Positions 28,437-37,887 of a stretch of DNA of 49,597 bases are shown in pieces. The number at the start of each line of letters is the position of its first letter. Positions within the stretch are counted from its first letter, which is position 1. The notes under the pieces were generated by a model. It searched no databases, was not told the DNA's origin, and was given only the letters and a program-made list of their open reading frames with translations. The translations under genes were made by a program, and so were the position numbers. The stretch is from Robiginitomaculum sp. (GTDB taxonomy: Bacteria > Pseudomonadota > Alphaproteobacteria > Caulobacterales > Maricaulaceae): NCBI GenBank assembly GCA_002733485.1, contig NVVU01000004.1, positions 26,836 to 76,432 on the forward strand, in the 5' to 3' direction.

Positions 28437-30083
28437 TCACGCCTCAGATTCTTCTGCCACCAGTGTGAGCGCCGCCAGAATTGCCTCGCGCCGATTTTCA
28501 AAGCGGTGTTTGCTTTGCACCAGATCAAGCACGCCAAAACCTTCCAGTATTTTTTTGGCCTTGCCGCTAAGGCCCACCACCATAATGGTCTGATTGCCTG
28601 ATTTTGCCTGTTTAAACAGATCATCCAGTGCCATGGCGGCGCTGGGGTCAATATAACCGGCCTCTGAAAAATCATAAATATCCACCAGACGGCCCAGAAT
28701 TTGCTGACTGACGCGGCGACCCAGCTCGCGCGCAGACGCATAGGAAAATGCGCCGCGAAGGCGCGTTACGATCACCTTCCCCTTGCCCTTACGTAGCAGA
28801 TCGCGCTCTTCTTGGGTCAGGGCGATGTCTTCACCGCCTTCGCCACTATGGTGGTGCACGCCTTTTAGCTGTTCTTCACTAAGCGCCCGAGCATTGACAA
28901 AAGCAGCCAGAATTATGCCCACCGCCACGGCTGTGATCAGGTCGACAAACACCGTCATCAAAAAGGTGATGATCATCACCACGGCCTTGTCGCGCGGCAC
29001 CATATGGACGTGTTTCAAATAGCCCCAGTCGATAATATCCCAGCCAACTTTCATCAAAATTCCGGCCAGCACCGCCAGAGGAATTTTAGCCGCCAAAGGC
29101 CCCAGTCCCAGCGCCAGAGTCAGCAGCACCAGCGCATGGATAGCCCCCGAAATCGGGGTGCGCCCACCGGCACGGACATTAATGACCGTGCGCATGGTGG
29201 CCCCGGCGCCCGGCAGCCCACCGATCAGACCCGCCACCATATTGCCAATGCCTTGCCCGATCAGTTCCTGATTGGAATCATGGGCGGTGCGAGTAATAGA
29301 ATCGGCCACCAGTGAGGTCAGCAAACTGTCGATAGAACCAAGCAAAGCCAGCACCAGCCCAGCCTGAACCATGCCACCCAAATCCCCAAAGCTGAAGACA
29401 GGAATATGAATATTCGGCAGTCCGCCGGGAATGGCCCCAATGGTGGGGACACCTTTGAGCAGTAAAACCCCGGCCAGCGTACCGACCAGCAAAGCGGCCA
29501 GTGGCGATGGCACAAAACGGCGCAAGCTTTGTGGCCACAAAATGATCGTCACCAGCGAAAGTATGGCCAGCACCGGGGCGTTAAAGCCAATTGCGCCAGG
29601 ATCAATCAGCAAAAGCGCCCGCACCGCCCCAACAGGGCCGCCCTCGGCTGCCGGTAGGCCAAGAAAGGGCAGGGTCTGGATGATGATGATAATCATGCCA
29701 ATGCCGGTCATAAACCCGGACACCACTGAGTAGGGCGTATAGCGCACATAATGGCCGACCTTGGCAAAGCCAAAGAGTATCTGAAACGCCCCGCCCAGCA
29801 TAACAATGGCAAAGGCCTCGGGCATGGTCCCTGCATGGGCGGCGACCACCGCGCCCATGACCACGGTCATCGGCCCGGTGGGGCCAGAAACCTGCGCCGG
29901 TGTCCCCCCAAAAATGGCGGCAAAAAATCCGGTGGCAATGGCCCCATAAAGCCCCGCTGCCGGGCCAAGACCAGAGGCCACCCCAAAAGCCAGCGCCAGC
30001 GGCAAAGCAATCACCGCCGCAGTCAAACCACCAAAAATATCACCCTTGAGGTTTCGAAATAGATTTTTGCGCACGATTTCCAT
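28437..30083 (-). CDS. SulP/SLC26 anion transporter with STAS domain
   Basis: GDIFGGLTAAVIALPLALAFG, SGPTGPMTV, GSIDSLLT, ELIGQGIGN, GAGATMRT, STAS-like YIDPSA. Confidence 0.92.
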   Translation of the reverse strand: MEIVRKNLFRNLKGDIFGGLTAAVIALPLALAFGVASGLGPAAGLYGAIATGFFAAIFGGTPAQVSGPTGPMTVVMGAVVAAHAGTMPEAFAIVMLGGAFQILFGFAKVGHYVRYTPYSVVSGFMTGIGMIIIIIQTLPFLGLPAAEGGPVGAVRALLLIDPGAIGFNAPVLAILSLVTIILWPQSLRRFVPSPLAALLVGTLAGVLLLKGVPTIGAIPGGLPNIHIPVFSFGDLGGMVQAGLVLALLGSIDSLLTSLVADSITRTAHDSNQELIGQGIGNMVAGLIGGLPGAGATMRTVINVRAGGRTPISGAIHALVLLTLALGLGPLAAKIPLAVLAGILMKVGWDIIDWGYLKHVHMVPRDKAVVMIITFLMTVFVDLITAVAVGIILAAFVNARALSEEQLKGVHHHSGEGGEDIALTQEERDLLRKGKGKVIVTRLRGAFSYASARELGRRVSQQILGRLVDIYDFSEAGYIDPSAAMALDDLFKQAKSGNQTIMVVGLSGKAKKILEGFGVLDLVQSKHRFENRREAILAALTLVAEESEA

Positions 30084-30184
30084 GACACGGCTTTCAAATT
30101 GTAAAGGGTAGGCACGACCGGAGCCTGGCACTAAATCCGCCTATGCGCCTCTCCTTACCGCTTGTAAAGGTGAGGGTCTGGATT

Positions 30185-31168
30185 TTATGCCAGCCTGCCC
30201 CAAAGGCGCAGGCGGCTGACCCCGCCATCGGGAATAATGTTCAAACGCACATGACTGACCGGACCCAGCGCGTTCAGTGCATCGGTAAATTCATGCACAG
30301 TATCGGCGGCAAGTTTTTGCTCAGAAAGCAGAACCGGCCAGTTTTCAGCTTCGGCCAATATTTCTGCATCGGTTTTGCCGGTGATCAGCGCGGCCTGTAA
30401 AAACGTCCGGTCCGGGTAATTGCCCTTGAAAAATGCGGTGTCGATCACTGCCTTTTCAATCACACCGGGATGAGCCAAAGCGATCACCGCCCAGTCATGA
30501 CCCGGTTCGCGCCGCCGCCGGGTTTCCCAGCCATCGCCCATGTTAATGCCCTTGGTCGGCGCCAGCATATTTTCCGGCGTACCAAAATGCTGATCATTGC
30601 AGCCAAGGGGCCGCGCGCCCTCTTCCAAAGCTGCCAGATTAATCAGCGTGCCCGCCGACACCTGTGTCCAGTCCTTGTGAATGGTGCCATAAATGCGCAG
30701 GCGCGCTACCCCGCCATCAGGATAGATATGCAGGCGCACATGGGTGAAGGTGTCTGCTTCTTCCACAATCACATAATGTTGCGAATCGCCCTTTAGCGCC
30801 ATTTTTGGCACGACTTCGCGCCAGTCCGCCTCGTCTGGAATGTCCGTCTTTGAGGTACAGGCCTCTAGCGAGGCAAAGGGCGGGTAATTGCCCGTAAAGT
30901 GCGCGGTATCGACTAAAAACCCGCTGATCACACCCGGACGGCCAAGGCGGATTATGCAATGATCATGGCCGGGCACGCGCTTGCGCCGACTTTCCCAGCC
31001 ATCCATCCATTTGCCATTATCGTCATACTTGCCTTCAATGAAGATCGGGACTTCGGGGTTGATCAAACGGGCCTTGTCGGCGAAAAAATCATCTGTGGCG
31101 TAGGTCACTTTTGACCCCAAGCGCGGTTGGGCAAGGTCGATATTTTCTTTGGCAAAATCGGGGGTCAT
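30185..31168 (-). CDS. alc: Allantoicase
   Basis: Two repeats with GKWMDGWESRRKR / GDGWETRRRR, DTAHFTGNYP / DTAFFKGNYP and PDGGV.RLR. ATG 31168 with GGAG. Confidence 0.95.
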   Translation of the reverse strand: MTPDFAKENIDLAQPRLGSKVTYATDDFFADKARLINPEVPIFIEGKYDDNGKWMDGWESRRKRVPGHDHCIIRLGRPGVISGFLVDTAHFTGNYPPFASLEACTSKTDIPDEADWREVVPKMALKGDSQHYVIVEEADTFTHVRLHIYPDGGVARLRIYGTIHKDWTQVSAGTLINLAALEEGARPLGCNDQHFGTPENMLAPTKGINMGDGWETRRRREPGHDWAVIALAHPGVIEKAVIDTAFFKGNYPDRTFLQAALITGKTDAEILAEAENWPVLLSEQKLAADTVHEFTDALNALGPVSHVRLNIIPDGGVSRLRLWGRLA

Positions 31169-31185
31169 GTCGTTTAGCTCCACGC

Positions 31186-31266
31186 TGTCATTGCCCGATT
31201 TATTCGGGCAATCCAGTCAATAATGAAAACTGCCTCTGGATTACCCGGACAAGCCGGGTAATGACA
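31186..31266. repeat. ~80-bp cloverleaf REP-like element, copy 1
   Basis: TGTCA-TTGCCCGA/TCGGGCAA-TCCAG..CTGGA-TTACCCGG/CCGGGTAA-TGACA. Confidence 0.9.
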
Positions 31267-31319
31267 CATTGGTGTAAAATCGGAGGTCATAAGTATGGCC
31301 TTGTTCAATATTTCATAGT

Positions 31320-31388
31320 CCTCATCCTGAGCTTGTCGAAGGATGAAGGGTGTTGCTGTTACCATCCTTCGACAAGCTCAGGATGAGG
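31320..31388. repeat. 26-bp perfect inverted repeat (REP-like doublet)
   Basis: CCTCATCCTGAGCTTGTCGAAGGATG (31320-31345), 17-nt spacer, CATCCTTCGACAAGCTCAGGATGAGG (31363-31388). Confidence 0.92.
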
Positions 31389-31410
31389 GGAGAGGCTTAT
31401 TCTCTTATCG

Positions 31411-31926
31411 TTACGCTTCCATGGCGAAAAGGCGTAAGCGGGCGATTTTATTCACCTCGTTCAGCGCCGTTTGTAATTCCTTATCGCGGCTATTGTTCAG
31501 GCGCGCCGCGAACTGATCCAGAATATCGTGGCGGGTCAGGCCCTTAACCGCGACAATAAAGGGAAAGCCGAACTTTTCCTTATAGGCGGCATTGAGGCGC
31601 TCAAACCGGGCAAACTCCTCTGCCGTACAAGCATCAAGGCCCGCGCCCGCCTGCTCGCTGCGCGAGGATTGCGTCAGATCACCGGCAATAGCCGCCTTGC
31701 CTGCAAGATCCGGGTGAGCGCGAAGAAGCGCCAGTTTTGCGGCCATCTCAGCCCCCTCCAGCACCCCGGCCATCAGCAAAGAAAGCTTGCCAGCGCTGGT
31801 TGGCACCTTGCCGCCAAGGCTTTGCCAAAGCGTCTTCGCAATCCAGGGTGAGTGCTCGTAAACGCCGCCATAGGCGGCGACAAAGCTGGCTTCATCCAAT
31901 TGCGCCAGATTGGGGTTCAATCTCAT
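31411..31926 (-). CDS. uraD: OHCU decarboxylase
   Basis: GGVYEHSPWIA, LLRAHPDLAGK, S..EQ.GAGL, Y.EKFGFPFIVAV, KIARLRL. Confidence 0.93.
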   Translation of the reverse strand: MRLNPNLAQLDEASFVAAYGGVYEHSPWIAKTLWQSLGGKVPTSAGKLSLLMAGVLEGAEMAAKLALLRAHPDLAGKAAIAGDLTQSSRSEQAGAGLDACTAEEFARFERLNAAYKEKFGFPFIVAVKGLTRHDILDQFAARLNNSRDKELQTALNEVNKIARLRLFAMEA

Positions 31927-32846
31927 GTTTTTGTCCCCTCAAAAGGGTGGTATTCGCGCCAGTGACGGGCAATATCCACGCGCCGGGCAAACCAGACATC
32001 CTCATGGCTTTGCGCATAACGGATAAAGCGTTCCAGCGCCGCCAGACGCCCAGGTCTACCGACAATACGGCAATGGGTGCCAATGGACATCATTTTGGGG
32101 TGGATTTCGCCCTCCCGATAAAGCGTGTCGAACGTGTCTTTTAAATAGCTATAAAACTGGTCCCCGGCGTTAAAGCCCTGCGGCGCACAATAGCGCATAT
32201 CATTTACATCCAGCGTATAGGGCACGATCAAATGCGGCGCTTCAACTTGCGTTGACCAAAACGGCAGATCGTCGGAATAATCATCCGCATCATACAAAAA
32301 ACCACCATAATCGGCCACCAGATCGCGGGTATGGGGACTGGTCCGCCCGGTATACCAGCCCAGCGAGCGTTCGCCGGTCAGGCGGGTGAGAATGTCCATC
32401 GCCTCATCCATATGGGCGCGTTCCACCTCAACCGGCACGTTTTGGTAGTTAATCCAGCGCAGGCCATGAGAGGCAATTTCATGCCCGGCTTTCATCATGG
32501 CGTCGCACACCGCCGGGTTGCGTTGCAAGGCCATAGCCACGGCAAACACTGTCACTGGCACGCCTAAGCGCGCAAAAAGGTCCAGCATCCGCCACACCCC
32601 GGCGCGACTGCCATACTCATAGAGGCTTTCCATGCTCATATGGCGGGCATCCGGCACCGGCGCGGCGCCGACAATTTCGGACAAAAAGGTTTCCGCCCCC
32701 CCATCCCCGTGCAGCACGGAATTTTCGCCGCCTTCTTCGTAATTGAGTACAATTTGAATGGCGATGCACGCCCCGCCCGGCCAATTTGCCTTTGGCGGAT
32801 TGGGACCATAACCGATAAGGTCGCGCGGATAGGGAGTTTGTGTCAT
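31923..32846 (-). CDS. puuE: Metal-independent allantoinase PuuE
   Basis: YPRDLIGYG, NYEEGGE, ESLYEYGSRAG, HGLRW, GWYTGR, PYTLD.NDM, HCRIVGRPGR. Confidence 0.93.
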   Translation of the reverse strand: MTQTPYPRDLIGYGPNPPKANWPGGACIAIQIVLNYEEGGENSVLHGDGGAETFLSEIVGAAPVPDARHMSMESLYEYGSRAGVWRMLDLFARLGVPVTVFAVAMALQRNPAVCDAMMKAGHEIASHGLRWINYQNVPVEVERAHMDEAMDILTRLTGERSLGWYTGRTSPHTRDLVADYGGFLYDADDYSDDLPFWSTQVEAPHLIVPYTLDVNDMRYCAPQGFNAGDQFYSYLKDTFDTLYREGEIHPKMMSIGTHCRIVGRPGRLAALERFIRYAQSHEDVWFARRVDIARHWREYHPFEGTKT

Positions 32847-32904
32847 TGCATATCTCAATGTGCCTGATGCTTTTCAGTGCCTTACTAAGTGATAGTATCG
32901 GCTT

Positions 32905-32986
32905 TGTCATTGCCGGGCCTGTCTCGGCGATGCAGGGCATGTAAAAAGAAAAAGACTGGATTACCCGAACGAGTCGGGTAATGACA
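32905..32986. repeat. ~80-bp cloverleaf REP-like element, copy 2
   Basis: TGTCA-TTGCCGGG/CTCGGCGA-TGCAG..CTGGA-TTACCCGA/TCGGGTAA-TGACA, in the puuE/uraH divergent spacer. Confidence 0.88.
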
Positions 32987-33010
32987 CTATACAAGGGTAT
33001 GGGAGAAAAA

Positions 33011-33355
33011 ATGGCTGGACTGACCACACATGTATTAGATACCGCCAATGGCTGTCCGGCGGCCAAGATGAGCCTGCGCTTACTTTTTGAAGGCGGCAAG
33101 CTTCTCCTAGAGACCCGCACCAATGCTGACGGGCGCTGCGATGCGCCGCTGATTGCGCCAGAAAACATGCGCCCCGGCCTGTACCGTCTGGAATTCGGCG
33201 TGGCCGACTATTACCGCGCCCGGGGTGTAGACCTGCCTGAGCCGGCCTTTTTAGGCGTGGTTGCTATCGAATTTGGACTGGCGGACATGGACGCCCATTA
33301 TCATGTGCCGCTGCTGGTTTCTCCCTTTGGCTATTCCACATACCGGGGTAGCTAA
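33011..33355 (+). CDS. uraH: 5-hydroxyisourate hydrolase
   Basis: LTTHVLDTANG.PA, TNADGR, HYHVPLL.SP.GYSTYRGS (YRGS terminus). Confidence 0.95.
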   Translation: MAGLTTHVLDTANGCPAAKMSLRLLFEGGKLLLETRTNADGRCDAPLIAPENMRPGLYRLEFGVADYYRARGVDLPEPAFLGVVAIEFGLADMDAHYHVPLLVSPFGYSTYRGS

Positions 33356-34788
33356 TGCGCGACACGATTTGTTTTATTCTGAACGGCAAGACCGTTGAGG
33401 TCCAAAACCCCGACCCCACCCTGACCCTTTTGAATTGGTTACGACGTGAGCGCGCCCTGACCGGCTCCAAGGAAGGCTGTGCCGAGGGCGATTGCGGGGC
33501 CTGCACCGTGGTCATTGGCGATCCGGATGCGACGCCGACATGGCAGGCGCTGAACGCCTGTATCGCTTTTTTACCCACGCTAGATGGCAAGACCGTCATA
33601 ACGGTTGAGGGGGTGGCCAAGGACGGCGCACTACACCCGGTGCAGCGCGCTTTGGTCGAGCATCACGGATCGCAATGCGGGTTTTGCACGCCGGGATTTG
33701 TGATGAGCCTTTATGCCCATTATCGCAATAATGGCGCGGTGGATGAAGAGACGCTGAACGACGTTCTGGCGGGCAATCTGTGCCGCTGTACCGGCTATTC
33801 GCCAATTATTCGTGCGGCCAAGGCGATGTATGATTATCCCAAAATTGACGAGATTGCGTTGGCCCGATCCGCAAAACAGGACACGCTGGCGCTGACCATG
33901 ACCGACCCTCTGACCGGCACGAAGAAAAAATACTTTGCGCCGCAATCGCTGGAGGAACTGGCCGCGCTTTATGGGGATTATCCAGACGCCACCATACTGG
34001 CAGGCGGCACCGATGTGGGCCTGTGGGTGACCAAAAGACACGCCGTCCTTGAAACACTGATCGACATTGGCCGGGTGGCGAGTTTTGCCAAAATTTCGCA
34101 AGATAAAAACGGCCTGACCATCTGGGCCGGGGCCAGCTATGCGGCCGCCCATACCGCGCTTGGTGATCTGCATCCCACGTTGGGGGAAATGGTGCGCCGC
34201 ATTGGCTCCACCCAAATAAGAAACGCTGGTACCATTGGTGGCAATATTGCCAATGGCTCGCCTATTGGCGACATGCCACCGCCGCTGATTGCGCTGGGGG
34301 CGGAACTGACTTTGCGAAAAGGCGAAACTACAAGACGCATGGCGCTGGAAGATTATTTTATCGCCTATGGTCAGCAAGATCGCCGTCCGGGCGAGTTTGT
34401 TGAAAGCATCTTTGTCCCTGCGATGGATCCAGCCACACGCTTTGCGGTTTATAAGGTTTCCAAACGCTTTGATCAGGATATTTCCGCCCTGTGCGGGGCA
34501 TTTTTTGTGCGCCTGCAAGATGGAAACGTGACCGAGGCCCGCTTGGCCTTTGGTGGCATGGCGGCCATTCCGGCCCGTGCCAAAACCGCCGAAGCGGCGC
34601 TGATTGGCAAAACGTGGAGTGAGGTCAATATCCGAGCGGCCATGAGCGCATTGGCCAAGGATTTTACCCCGCTTAGCGACATGCGCGCCAGCGCCGAATA
34701 CCGCCTGCAAACGGCCCAAAACCTGTTGTGGAAGTTCTACCTTGGCGAGGACGCGCCCTATCTGGCAAGGGAGGTGAACCGTGGTTAA
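33355..34788 (+). CDS. xdhA: Xanthine dehydrogenase small subunit (2Fe-2S, FAD)
   Basis: KEGCAEGDCGACT, QCGFCTPG, GNLCRCTGY, AGGTD, YKVSKRFDQDIS. Confidence 0.95.
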   Translation: MRDTICFILNGKTVEVQNPDPTLTLLNWLRRERALTGSKEGCAEGDCGACTVVIGDPDATPTWQALNACIAFLPTLDGKTVITVEGVAKDGALHPVQRALVEHHGSQCGFCTPGFVMSLYAHYRNNGAVDEETLNDVLAGNLCRCTGYSPIIRAAKAMYDYPKIDEIALARSAKQDTLALTMTDPLTGTKKKYFAPQSLEELAALYGDYPDATILAGGTDVGLWVTKRHAVLETLIDIGRVASFAKISQDKNGLTIWAGASYAAAHTALGDLHPTLGEMVRRIGSTQIRNAGTIGGNIANGSPIGDMPPPLIALGAELTLRKGETTRRMALEDYFIAYGQQDRRPGEFVESIFVPAMDPATRFAVYKVSKRFDQDISALCGAFFVRLQDGNVTEARLAFGGMAAIPARAKTAEAALIGKTWSEVNIRAAMSALAKDFTPLSDMRASAEYRLQTAQNLLWKFYLGEDAPYLAREVNRG

Positions 34789-37078
34789 ATTCCAAGGCGT
34801 GCCCCATGACAGCGCCCATAAACACGTCACCGGCGAAGCGATCTATGTCGACGATCTGCCCTGCCCGCCGGGGCTGTTGCATTTGCAACCAGGGCTTTCC
34901 AAGCGCGCCCATGCCAAGATCACAAAGCTGGACCTTAGCGCCGTGCGCGCTGCGCCGGGGGTGGTCTGCGTCCTTACTGCTAAAGACATTCCGGGCACCA
35001 ATGATGTCAGCCCCACCGGCACCAATGATGATCCGGTGTTTGCGATGGATGAGGTGGTTTATGCGGGCCAAGCGATCTTTGCCGTGGCCGCCACCAGCCT
35101 GGCCGCCGCGCGCCATGCCGCCACATTGGCCATCATCGAATATGAAGACCTGCCGGTCATTTTGACTATTCCCGATGCCCGCGCCGCCAAGGCCGATCTG
35201 GAGCCGGAACAGCTGATGTTTATGGGCTCGACCGAAGATGCCTTGCGCTTTGCCCCGCATGTTATTACCGGCAATTTGCGCGTCGGCGGACAGGACCATT
35301 TTTATCTGGAGAGCCAAGCCGCGCAGTGCATTCCCGGCGAGGATGGGGACATGACCCTCACCTCCTCCACCCAGCACCCCAGCGAAGCGCAACACCTGAT
35401 CGCGCATCTTTTGAACAAGAAAATCCATGACGTGCGCCTGGTGGTGCGGCGCATGGGCGGCGGCTTTGGCGGCAAGGAAACCCAGGCCGCTTTGATCGCC
35501 GCCATGACGGCGCTGGCCAGCTATAAGACCGGACGACCCGCGCGTCTGGTGCTGGACCGCGATGATGACATGGTGATGACCGGCAAGCGCCATGATTTTG
35601 AAATTGACTATAAAGTCGGCTTTGATGATCGCGGCCAATTAAGCGGTATTTTTCTTGACCTGGCTTCGCGCTGTGGCTGTTCGATGGACCTCTCGGCGGC
35701 GATCAATGACCGTGCCATGTTCCATGCGGACAATGCCTATTTTCTGAATAATGCCGACATTACCTCGCGGCGTTTTCGCACCAACACCGTCTCCAACACC
35801 GCCTTTCGCGGCTTTGGCGGCCCGCAAGGCATGATCGCCATTGAACGGGTGATGGATGCCATTGCCCTGCATTTGGGCAAAGACCCTTTGGAGGTGCGAA
35901 AGGTCAATCTTTACAACAAAATGGGGCGGGATTTCACCCCCTATGGCCAGCGGGTGATGGACAATGTGGCACCACAAATTATTGAAGATCTGGAGGCCCG
36001 CGCTGATTATGCGGCCCGTCGCAAGGCGGTGCGCGTCTTTAATGACAGCCATTCCTATGTGCGCCGTGGTATCGCCTTAACGCCGGTCAAATTTGGTATT
36101 TCCTTTACCACCACGTTTCTAAATCAGGCCGGTGCACTGGTGCACATCTATACCGATGGCAGCGTGCACCTGAACCATGGCGGCACGGAAATGGGGCAGG
36201 GCCTGAACACCAAAATCGCCCAAATTGTTGCCGAAGAATTTCAGATTGATTTTGGCAAGGTCAAGATCACCGCCACCGATACCGACAAAGTGCCCAACAC
36301 CTCGGCCACCGCCGCCTCGTCGGGCACGGACCTGAACGGCATGGCGGCCCAGCGGGCGGCTCAAACCATCAAAATTCGCCTTGTGGACTTTGCTGCCAGG
36401 GACGCGGTATGCAATGCAAAAGACGTTGTTTTTGAAAACGGCCATGTGCGTGCAGGGACCAAAGACTGGACGTTTGAAGCGCTGGTCAAGGCGGCCTATA
36501 TGGCCCGCATTTCGCTGTCCGGGGCCGGATTTTACGCCACGCCGGACATTCATTATGACCGCGAAAAGCATACCGGCACGCCGTTTTATTATTACGCTTA
36601 CGGCGCGGCGCTCAGCGAAGTTGAGGTGGATTTGCTCACCGGCGAGAGCAGGATTTTGCGCGTTGATATTGTCCATGATGTGGGCAAATCCCTAAATCCG
36701 GCGCTGGATATTGGCCAGATCGAGGGCGGCTTTGTACAGGGGGCGGGCTGGCTCACCTCGGAAGAGCTGGTGTTTGATGATCAGGGCGTTTTGCGCACCC
36801 ATGCGCCTTCGACCTATAAAATCCCAGCCTGTGCGGACCGCCCGCCGGTGTTCAATGTGACGCTTTATGAAGACGGCGAAAATACAAAAGACACTATCCA
36901 TAAATCCAAGGCCGTGGGCGAGCCGCCTCTCATGCTAGCCATTTCCGTCTTTAGCGCGATCACCGATGCGGTGGCCAGCGTTGGCGATTACAAGACCCTG
37001 CCCGATCTGCACGCCCCGGCAACGCCAGAGGCCATTTTACGCGCCGTTACGGCCTTGCAAGAGGGAGCCAAAAAGTGA
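34781..37078 (+). CDS. xdhB: Xanthine dehydrogenase molybdopterin subunit
   Basis: HDSAHKHVTG, QDHFYLE, RMGGGFGGKE, AFRGFGGPQG, GGTEMGQG, SKAVGEPP. Confidence 0.95.
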   Translation: MVKFQGVPHDSAHKHVTGEAIYVDDLPCPPGLLHLQPGLSKRAHAKITKLDLSAVRAAPGVVCVLTAKDIPGTNDVSPTGTNDDPVFAMDEVVYAGQAIFAVAATSLAAARHAATLAIIEYEDLPVILTIPDARAAKADLEPEQLMFMGSTEDALRFAPHVITGNLRVGGQDHFYLESQAAQCIPGEDGDMTLTSSTQHPSEAQHLIAHLLNKKIHDVRLVVRRMGGGFGGKETQAALIAAMTALASYKTGRPARLVLDRDDDMVMTGKRHDFEIDYKVGFDDRGQLSGIFLDLASRCGCSMDLSAAINDRAMFHADNAYFLNNADITSRRFRTNTVSNTAFRGFGGPQGMIAIERVMDAIALHLGKDPLEVRKVNLYNKMGRDFTPYGQRVMDNVAPQIIEDLEARADYAARRKAVRVFNDSHSYVRRGIALTPVKFGISFTTTFLNQAGALVHIYTDGSVHLNHGGTEMGQGLNTKIAQIVAEEFQIDFGKVKITATDTDKVPNTSATAASSGTDLNGMAAQRAAQTIKIRLVDFAARDAVCNAKDVVFENGHVRAGTKDWTFEALVKAAYMARISLSGAGFYATPDIHYDREKHTGTPFYYYAYGAALSEVEVDLLTGESRILRVDIVHDVGKSLNPALDIGQIEGGFVQGAGWLTSEELVFDDQGVLRTHAPSTYKIPACADRPPVFNVTLYEDGENTKDTIHKSKAVGEPPLMLAISVFSAITDAVASVGDYKTLPDLHAPATPEAILRAVTALQEGAKK

Positions 37079-37884
37079 GTGCCTGGCACGAAAATGCCTT
37101 ACGCGAATTAAGCCAGACAGAGGGCGCAGTTCTGGTCAGTTTGGCCGATGTCAAAGGCTCGGCCCCGCGCGGTATTGGCACGCAAATGCTGGTCACCACC
37201 ACACGCCAATATGGCACCATAGGCGGCGGCGCGCTGGAGTTTGGGGCCGCAGCCCGCGCCCGCGAAATTTTGCAAAACGGCCCACAACATTTAAGCGAAA
37301 CCATGATCCTCGGCCTGGATTTGGGCCAGTGTTGCGGCGGTCAGGTGGCCCTGGAATATGAGCGCTTTACCGGATCGCCAGGCGCCATTCGGGACCGCCT
37401 TATCGAGAACGCCGCCCCGCCCACCCCGCTTTATCTTTTTGGCGCGGGCCATGTAGGCACCGCTTTGGTGCAGGTATTGGCGGGCCTGCCCTTTGCCATT
37501 TCCTGGGTTGATCAACGCCCACAAAGCTTTGCCCACAAGGTCCGTGATGGGGTAAAAACCCTGCGCCTTGATACCCCCATGCACGCCATTAGATACGCCC
37601 CCAAGGATGCGATTTTTCTCGTCCTGACCCATGATCACGATCTGGATTATCAACTGGTGCGCGCGATTTTGCAGCGTGGTAATTTTTCCTTTTGCGGACT
37701 GATCGGCTCGAAAACCAAGCGGGCGCGTTTTACCCATCGCCTTAAAAAAGAAGGCATCGCGCAAGAGAGGCTGGACCGTCTGACCTGCCCCATTGGCATG
37801 GATGGTATTCCCGGCAAGGCCCCCGAAGCCATTGCTATTTCTGTGGCGGCGCAACTTCTGACACTCATTAAGTCTGGAACTTAA
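37075..37884 (+). CDS. xdhC: Xanthine dehydrogenase accessory protein
   Basis: GSAPR, GTIGGGALE, LGQCCGG, FGAGHVG, THDH.LD, GLIGS.TK, CPIG. Confidence 0.93.
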   Translation: MSAWHENALRELSQTEGAVLVSLADVKGSAPRGIGTQMLVTTTRQYGTIGGGALEFGAAARAREILQNGPQHLSETMILGLDLGQCCGGQVALEYERFTGSPGAIRDRLIENAAPPTPLYLFGAGHVGTALVQVLAGLPFAISWVDQRPQSFAHKVRDGVKTLRLDTPMHAIRYAPKDAIFLVLTHDHDLDYQLVRAILQRGNFSFCGLIGSKTKRARFTHRLKKEGIAQERLDRLTCPIGMDGIPGKAPEAIAISVAAQLLTLIKSGT

Positions 37885-37887
37885 ATT

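Noticed and set aside
33631..35638. Long antisense ORFs (399 and 321 aa) over xdhA/xdhB and similar shadows elsewhere
   Set aside because: Typical high-GC antisense frames opposite well-supported genes, with no motifs.
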